A program made the position numbers and the translations under genes. A DNA stretch of 64,000 nt from Hormiphora californensis. Lineage: Eukaryota; Animalia; Ctenophora. Each line of letters opens with the position of its first letter. Position 1 is the stretch's first letter. Location of the stretch: the NCBI GenBank assembly GCA_020137815.1, contig CM035360.1, forward strand, positions 3,224,001 through 3,288,000, read 5' to 3'. The notes under the pieces were generated by a model. It was not told where the DNA came from, ran no database searches, and saw only the letters and a list, made by a program, of their open reading frames with translations. This document shows positions 57,159 to 64,000 of the stretch, in pieces.

Positions 57159-57632
57159 ACAGGCCCTTTGTTAAAGAAGCCGTGGAAAACGCGCGCACTT
57201 GGGGTCTGCAGCGCATGCCAAGGGCGTGACTTGATTGTGCATGACTTGAACATTTCCGAGGGGCCTCATTTTCCAGTTTGGAAGTTTTAAGGAGGCACCC
57301 CGAATGTGTTGAGACGCGCATATCGCGACGCGCATGAGACGCGCATGCGACGCGCACATTGCGACGCGCACCAAATTGGTCAAATTCAAAAAATGTGAAA
57401 ATGCGTTTTTAAAATTTTAAGACTTGAGGCCTCTTGGACGTTTTTGGGAGACTGATGGTGACCCATAAGGAGTCCGAGAGCCTCAAAGAGAGTGCACAGC
57501 ATCGGAAAGAGACTGCACTGTGCAGTGCACGCAGCATCCAGAAGAGAGCACGCGCTTACCACGTGAAAGAGGCTCACCGCGCGAAGTAAGCAGTACTTTA
57601 CCCTCAATTTTCTTCTCGCGCGTTACATAAAG

Positions 57633-57848
57633 TCGGATTTTTTGAAACTGTCACCCCCCTAGAGTTTTCAACTTTCTTTAAATGACCATAAGTCCGGTTC
57701 CTGATGAGATAGAGACTTGAAATTTGGAAGTTACGAAGATCATGCTAAGTTCTTCCGAACCTCCAAATTTCAAGTCTCTATCTTATCAGGAACCGGAGAT
57801 AAGACAAATTTTGTTATTTCAGGGGGGTGACAGTTTCAAAAAATCCGA
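57633..57848. mobile_element. Short MITE-like inverted repeat
   Basis: TCGGATTTTTTGAAACTGTCACCCCCC and its reverse complement. Confidence 0.65.
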
Positions 57849-59577
57849 GTATAACATTCGATTTCACACACAAGCTTGTGTCTTCGGAGACTCGATGAAG
57901 AAGACTGAAATCAAGGATGAGAAGATAAATGAGGCCAATTGGATTCTTGAGTTGTTAATTGTTTTCAAACAAGATCAACACACTTTTGGATTATTTGAAA
58001 ATTCTATATTGGAGAGAAATATTTCGTTTCTAATTTCATTTTCAGACAAAAGTGTGTGGGAAGATTAAGAATATAAAACACATTCATTTCGTTTCCATTA
58101 AGTTTCAGTGTACATAAAACAATATTGTTAGTTTTACATTAGTCTTTTTGTTGGTATCGAAGACACCTCACACTCTGTTTAGAGGTATCAGAAGCGCTTA
58201 CCCTATTTTTATAACGCGCCCAAAACGTTATACTGAGCACTGAAAAGTTGTAGTCTACACTACATAGTTCTAGCCTAAGGGGTTTGAGCCGCGCACAGGG
58301 CCACACCGAGACCAAATCTCGTTACTTTCCTGATTTCTTTGACACAAACAAGTATTGCAGAGCGGCCAATAGAGCTGGCGGTTTCAAACTTCGTCCGTAT
58401 TCGGAGGGATAGATTAGCAGTTCAGTGTTTCAAACCAGGTTTAATTTGGCAAAGTAGAAGCTGAGTTACAACATGTTTTGTACAAATGGTTCAACTTCAA
58501 GACCTTTTTAATTTTGATGGCCAGACCTTTGAAGATAGAAACTTCAAACTTTGCCACGATCTTTGATATGATGTTAAGCATACCTGACCTACTTTTTCAA
58601 AAATTTTTTTCATCATTAACACCTAAAACTGATTTCAAAACCAAGGTTCCGGGGATAATTTTTCAAATATGAGTACAGAATTATAATTTTCAGACAATTT
58701 GGTGGGGAATACCTAAATTTGGTGCATTTTCATTGAGTGGTTGAGGAGCTATTAATTTTTGAAGTGAATCAAAGCGGGTTTGTTACCCCTAACTCAGGCC
58801 GCATCGCGGCCTTCGTTTGGTGCGCTTTGCGCGCCGGCAAGGGAGGGGTAACTTCGTTACCAAGTCTTTTTGTTGCATTGACTACGTGTTGTTGACATGT
58901 AATTGAACTGTAATTATATTTGATTTAACGCTCAAAAGGAAAAGCTAAACATTTTTTGACAATATATTGCCAAATGCAACCACCATTATCATTTATCAGT
59001 TTATCAATGATCATGAAATAGTAATTGAGCATTGAACAATTAAGAAAAATCACACGAGTTTCACGACCAAAGACGGTCACTGTCTTTCCTCCGTCCATTA
59101 CCTCTACTCCCATTTTAAAAGATAAGGTTCCAATTTTTACTTATTCCGTGTTATTGATTCCAGTATTTCTCTTTCAATGTAAGTAAGGACATCTCACTTA
59201 TTTATCTCCTCCACATATGATATCTCCCAACGTGTCAAATCCAGAACTTCCAGTGTTAGTTTCATCTTTTCCTCATCAAACTGATGGAGGAAGGGATATT
59301 TAATTGATTTAGAAGGAGGGGTTAGTTGATCAACATAACAATAATGGGAGAATGGAGATGGCTTGTAAAAATCAGGAAATAATAAAGAAGTCGTAGTGTA
59401 AGAGGTGAGTGTAAATCATGTTGGGAAGGGCGTTTGATCGTGAAAAAAACATAGCTTGGCAAAAAACCCATGTATGCACTGCCTCACTGGATTTCTTATG
59501 TATTAAAACACATTGATTCTGACACTGATTTCCGGTTAAGAGGGGGCGTTGCTGTAGCTTAGAGAAGATGTTGGTCA

Positions 59578-59647
59578 AGGGAAGGAAGGAAGGAAGGAAG
59601 GAAGGAAGGAAGGAAGGAAGGAAGGAAGGAAGGAAGGAAGGAAGGAG
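59578..59647. repeat. (GGAA)n microsatellite
   Basis: Directly visible. Confidence 0.98.
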
Positions 59648-62016
59648 AGGACAGGACACCAGTACTCCAGGAGCAAAGTGAACGGCAAGGAGGCACAATG
59701 CGAAGGCCTCGCATGGATGACGGCATTCATTCCGTCCTTCCGAACCGTTCCTCCTGACTCCAGGATACCGAGGCAACCGTCCATTAGTGCCTTCCTCACC
59801 GTACAGGCCTCAGTGACGGTATACCTCCGCTTCCTCCTCACTCGGAACCTACGTCGGTCCACACGGAAAGTACAGCAATCGTACTCTACACGACTCACTC
59901 CTGCCTCCTCTGCTCACGACCTAGGCCTGCACTTGGATCCTGTGAAGCAAGGATACAAGGAGGAAGAACCGCTAACACGACTAGGCCTCATCCCAGCTCC
60001 CGAGACAGTAGCTCCTCACCCCGTGAATGCTCCTCCGCCTACACGGAGTGCTTCCATGCCAGGACCTCGACTCACTAGCCTCGTTCCACCTCAATCGTCC
60101 ACCTGTACACGTCGGCAAGTCCTGCCGCTTCAGGACTCCGGTGCTCTGACAGTCCCCAAGGCATAGGAACTAGCCATATACATCGGACATTGCGTCCATT
60201 CCCTACGAATTCCCCCTCTCCTCCTATCCTTCCCCTCCCGCTACCCATTCCTTCCCGGCGAGAAGGAAGGAGAAGACCCCTTGTACCAGCATGCCAGAAT
60301 TGGACAGAAGGAAGCCTAACTGACATGCAGTAAGGACGGAAGCCCTGATAGGCCGACGGAATACCAGGATACAAGTAAGAACGAATGAAGGGAGACAACA
60401 AGATTAGGACCAAGGAAGGATAGGACAGGGAAGGAAATGACTGCACAGGAAGGACAGAGCAAATTGAAGGTGGCATCAACGACGCGGGGGAAGAAGGAGA
60501 CAGAAAGAAGAAGAGAGAGAAACTAAACGTGAAGAGAGAACCCACACCGTAGCCCCAGCAGATAGACTGCTACCCTCATCAAAACGGAGCAATGCCCTTG
60601 CTAACTATCAACCCAAATTCCTGTTCCACCGCATAGGGATTAACAAATTCAGACTGCCCAGTCAAAGTGTCACTGGACGTGGAATTCGGTTATCGGCAAT
60701 CAGTGAAAACAAAGGTACAGAACAACTAGCTGTAAAAATAGTACCATTACGCTATTGCGAAGTAAGGCACGTTTGCCCAATTACAGAAGCATAACAGATA
60801 ATAAGTTGAATTAACTTACCGTCACAGGTTGTACAGATAACAAAAGAAACTTAGCATAGATCCTGCTTCAGCCTTCACTCATCAGTAATTGTTCTTTTAT
60901 CGATTCATACCGTTCTATGTGTTTCTGCTGAATGAGAAGGCAGATGTGTGTGAGTCGTGAGAATTATGCAATAAGAACTATGAAATTATGAAAACCCTTC
61001 TTACTAATCAACCATGGCAACGCCTTCAATAAAGTTAACATACCTACAAACTAATCTGGGGCTCTTTTCTGAACAGGTTTATGAAGATTCTTAGGAACTT
61101 TTTGGGCGTTTTAGGAAGAAAGTTAGAGAGTTAAGAAGATTTTTGTTTCCGAACATGGCACCTAGGAAGATTTTTTTAGCGCTAAGAGTTTTCCTAAATT
61201 ATCTTCCTAAGTCCCCTATAATTGAATTAAAACTGCGTGAGTCCTTGAAATTTTCTTCTTAGCGGCCTAAGAATGTTCTTAGCTCTCTTTTTTTCTTCCT
61301 AAGTAGCAAGAAAAGTTAGGACAGCTCCGGACCTTACTTAAGCCGACTTAGGAAGATTCTTACTCTGTTAGACATATATTTTGGGCCATTTTTAGAGCTA
61401 ATATCATAAAAATGATGAATTTGCTCAAGCATACATGAACATACAACCTTTTTATGTTGACGCGATATCCAATAGAGTTATATTTATATCGGTTGGTAGT
61501 CGGTATTTTTTGTAATAATTTTAAAAATTGAAAATTATGGGTCTTGCTGTGACTCTATAGCATCATAGGACGATAAATATATGCAAATGAAAAGGTAGAA
61601 ATCATAAAATTAACACGTTGTACCTCTAATTATAACACCTCTATCATCCAAAAAATGCAATAAATGCAAAATTCCATCTCCTTTAGATTTTTTCAACTGT
61701 TGGAAATGGGTGAGAACGAGTTGACACCGGAACCATATCCAATTGCATAATGCATATGATTAGGCCATGGCCCACGCCCTACATAGATCCAAAATATTGT
61801 GTGTACCAGCTAATTCACACCTCAATTTAAATCCCATGTTTGCTCGATTGCTATTGGTTATCGCCATTCGAATCTTGGCAGGTCGGTAGAACTTCGACAG
61901 AATTTAGGGTAGGTCTGAATTTAGGGTAGGTCTGAATTTAAGGTAGGTCCGTAATGTATCGTCTATCAAAGCATTGCAACTCGACATTAGGTTCTGATTA
62001 GGTTGACTGGATAATA

Positions 62017-63138
62017 ATGGCTATCGAGGGAATGTTTCCTCAACAATGCTCAGCATGTAACCAGCTAGAAAGAGGATCCACGCCGAAACTTCGATGTGCA
62101 AGCTGTGGAGGTGGTGGTCACAACTGTGGCCAGGTAATGTCCCACCAAGCCCTGACCGTGCTGGGCTTCGTGTGGGTTTGTTTCGGATGTATTAAGAACT
62201 TCAAAGTTGAAACCTTATCTGGAACTGACGGAGAGGCTGAACCACTCCCAAGCGGGTCTAGTGAGATCTGTTAGGTGGTCTCGAGCTGATTTGGTGCGGG
62301 TGCATTCATTCAGCATGTGCCACTCATCTTGGATGATGGGATCGAAGAATGGGAGGGCACGCAGAAGGGCAGGTCGGAAGAATCTCGACACCGAAATATA
62401 TATGTATTTCAAATACATATGTATTTCAAATACACATGTCTATTTCAACTGAAATATATATGTATGTATTTCAAATATATATGTATTTCAAATACATATA
62501 TATTTCGGTGTCGAGATTCTTCCGACCTGCCGGTCAGGTACAGGTAAAGACAGAGTTCTCACCAAACTCCAGTCGAAGAGGAGACGAATCAACCGAAGAA
62601 TAGCAAAACTTCTAAAGAAAGGATCAAGCCGTTCGGAAAAGGCCTAGTTCCTCCAGACCCAGTAAGGTATTCAGCGATCCATCTCAGGTAAAGGTAGAGG
62701 ACGCCCTTCTAGGTATCGAGGAGCAGACAGAGGAGCTGACCGACATTACCTTCACACCGGCAGATATTGAGGAAGCGCTTGCAGAATTGAAACCACACTC
62801 AGCGTCACCCAAAGATGGAATTCCAGCTCTCATATTAAGGGAATTTCGAAGCTATTTAGCCTACCCCCTGTGGAGACTGTGGACAGAATCCTTTGCTGAG
62901 GGAAACATTCCGGAGGAGTTGAAGAGACAGCAGATAGCCCCTATCTTCAAGAAAGGAAACAAAAGTATAGCTGAGAACTACCGACCGGTAGCACTGACCA
63001 GCCACGTGACCAAAACCTTCGAACGAGTGGTGTGCAAGGAGATAACTGAATTTGTTGAGTGGCAAGGTATTCTAAACAACGAACAACACGGATTCAGATC
63101 AGGACGTAGCTGCCTTACTCAACTACTTGAACACTATT
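62017..63138 (+). pseudogene. Degenerate CR1/L2-type LINE remnant (PHD-like ORF1 piece plus RT fragment)
   Basis: CSAC...CASC...HNC...WVCFGC at 62017-62274; KKGNKS..ENYRPVALTSHV.K.FER, QHGFRSGRSCLTQLL at 62787-63135, cut at a TATATA insertion. Confidence 0.75.
62367..62531. mobile_element. MITE-like inverted repeat inside the LINE remnant
   Basis: GGCAGGTCGGAAGAATCTCGACACCGAAATATATATGTATTT and its reverse complement. Confidence 0.75.
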
Positions 63139-64000
63139 ATATATATATCACTGCGCTGGCAAGCGCAAAGGTGGCCCCATCCCATCCCCCCAAAAACTTT
63201 TCCCGAAAAAGTGGGCCCGCTTGCCAACAGCGTAGATATAACAATTTTGAAGTTTTAGCCCATTTTGGCACTTTTCGACCCCTCCTAACTCCGGAACCAG
63301 ATGAGCTAGGAGGCTAAAATTTGGTACTAAGAAGCTTCACATAGACCTCTACTTACGGTAAAAATTTGAAGTTGCTAGCTCATTCCGGTCGCAAGTTATG
63401 ACACCACCCCCAAAACAGAAAATTCAGTGTGGCGAGAGATAGATATATATATACCGCGAGTGCACATATCACTCCCGCTGTGCGCGACCATTTGCACGCT
63501 GAAATATGCACTGTGCTTCCGCGGGAGCGTGCAGATATAGAGGTAGCGGGATATAAGTGAGAAAAGTGTTTTTACACCTTATTCACACACAAACACACAG
63601 AATATGACTGACAAGGTACTACACGACACAAAGTCTGTCAAATTACACTCACTCTCCCTCTTTCTCTCACTAATTACCCCCTTATCACGTTTTGTTGTTT
63701 GCTATTTCCAAGAATTCCAATCTCCCTCTCTCGCATCTCTCTCTTTATCTCTCTCTTCTTTTCACTGTTTGACCTTGTTTCCCTTGTGTGTAACCGGTGT
63801 AGTAGTGTCTGTTAGTATTTTTGGGTTTGTTTTTGCTTAGTTTGTACCTTGTTTTGTCACATCTCTCTGTGTGTAATCACCCAAAATTAGGATTGTTTTG
63901 CTTGTCATGTGTTTTCTCGCGGAATATATACTCAATAACGTCCTGCACGGCATGTGCAAGCGCTCCTATATCGCACTCGTTTCACTCGTGCAATATAGAT

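Noticed and set aside
59650-60600. GC-rich ORFs of 107-162 aa
   Set aside because: No recognisable motifs or consistent splice structure; probably a decayed repeat.

Overview
Eukaryotic, intron-rich animal genomic DNA. I infer a ctenophore (Pleurobrachia-like) from recalled gene-family and repeat resemblances, not from a search. All gene models were assembled by hand from GT-AG phase-compatible exons. Left part: a two-pore K+ channel (-, 14-5488) carrying a nested antisense secreted Sushi-domain gene, followed by two tandem ER-lumenal proteins with degenerate J-like and redox-inactive thioredoxin-like domains (+, ending SNEL and HDEL). Middle: five co-oriented minus-strand genes (AlkB-like 2OG-Fe(II) oxygenase, an 86-aa mitochondrial-type protein, COX11, SNW1/SKIP, NTMT1), then a secreted double-PLAT protein (+). 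Mobile DNA: a near-full-length CR1/L2-type LINE, CRE-type RLE retrotransposon fragments, an ORF1-only retroelement split by a 1.3-kb palindromic Chapaev-like insertion, and hAT, MULE, Kolobok, Harbinger and Tc1-type non-autonomous elements. Best leads: (1) COX11 appears to splice in frame into a plant/protist-type FKBP12 domain; (2) several minisatellites are amplified 3' splice sites forming back-to-back GT...AG units; (3) the 10.7-kb SNW1 intron holds three antisense copies of an unknown TM/coiled-coil microgene, one flanked by duplicated structured-RNA-like repeats; (4) cloverleaf-ended non-autonomous elements; (5) a possible trans-spliced operon.
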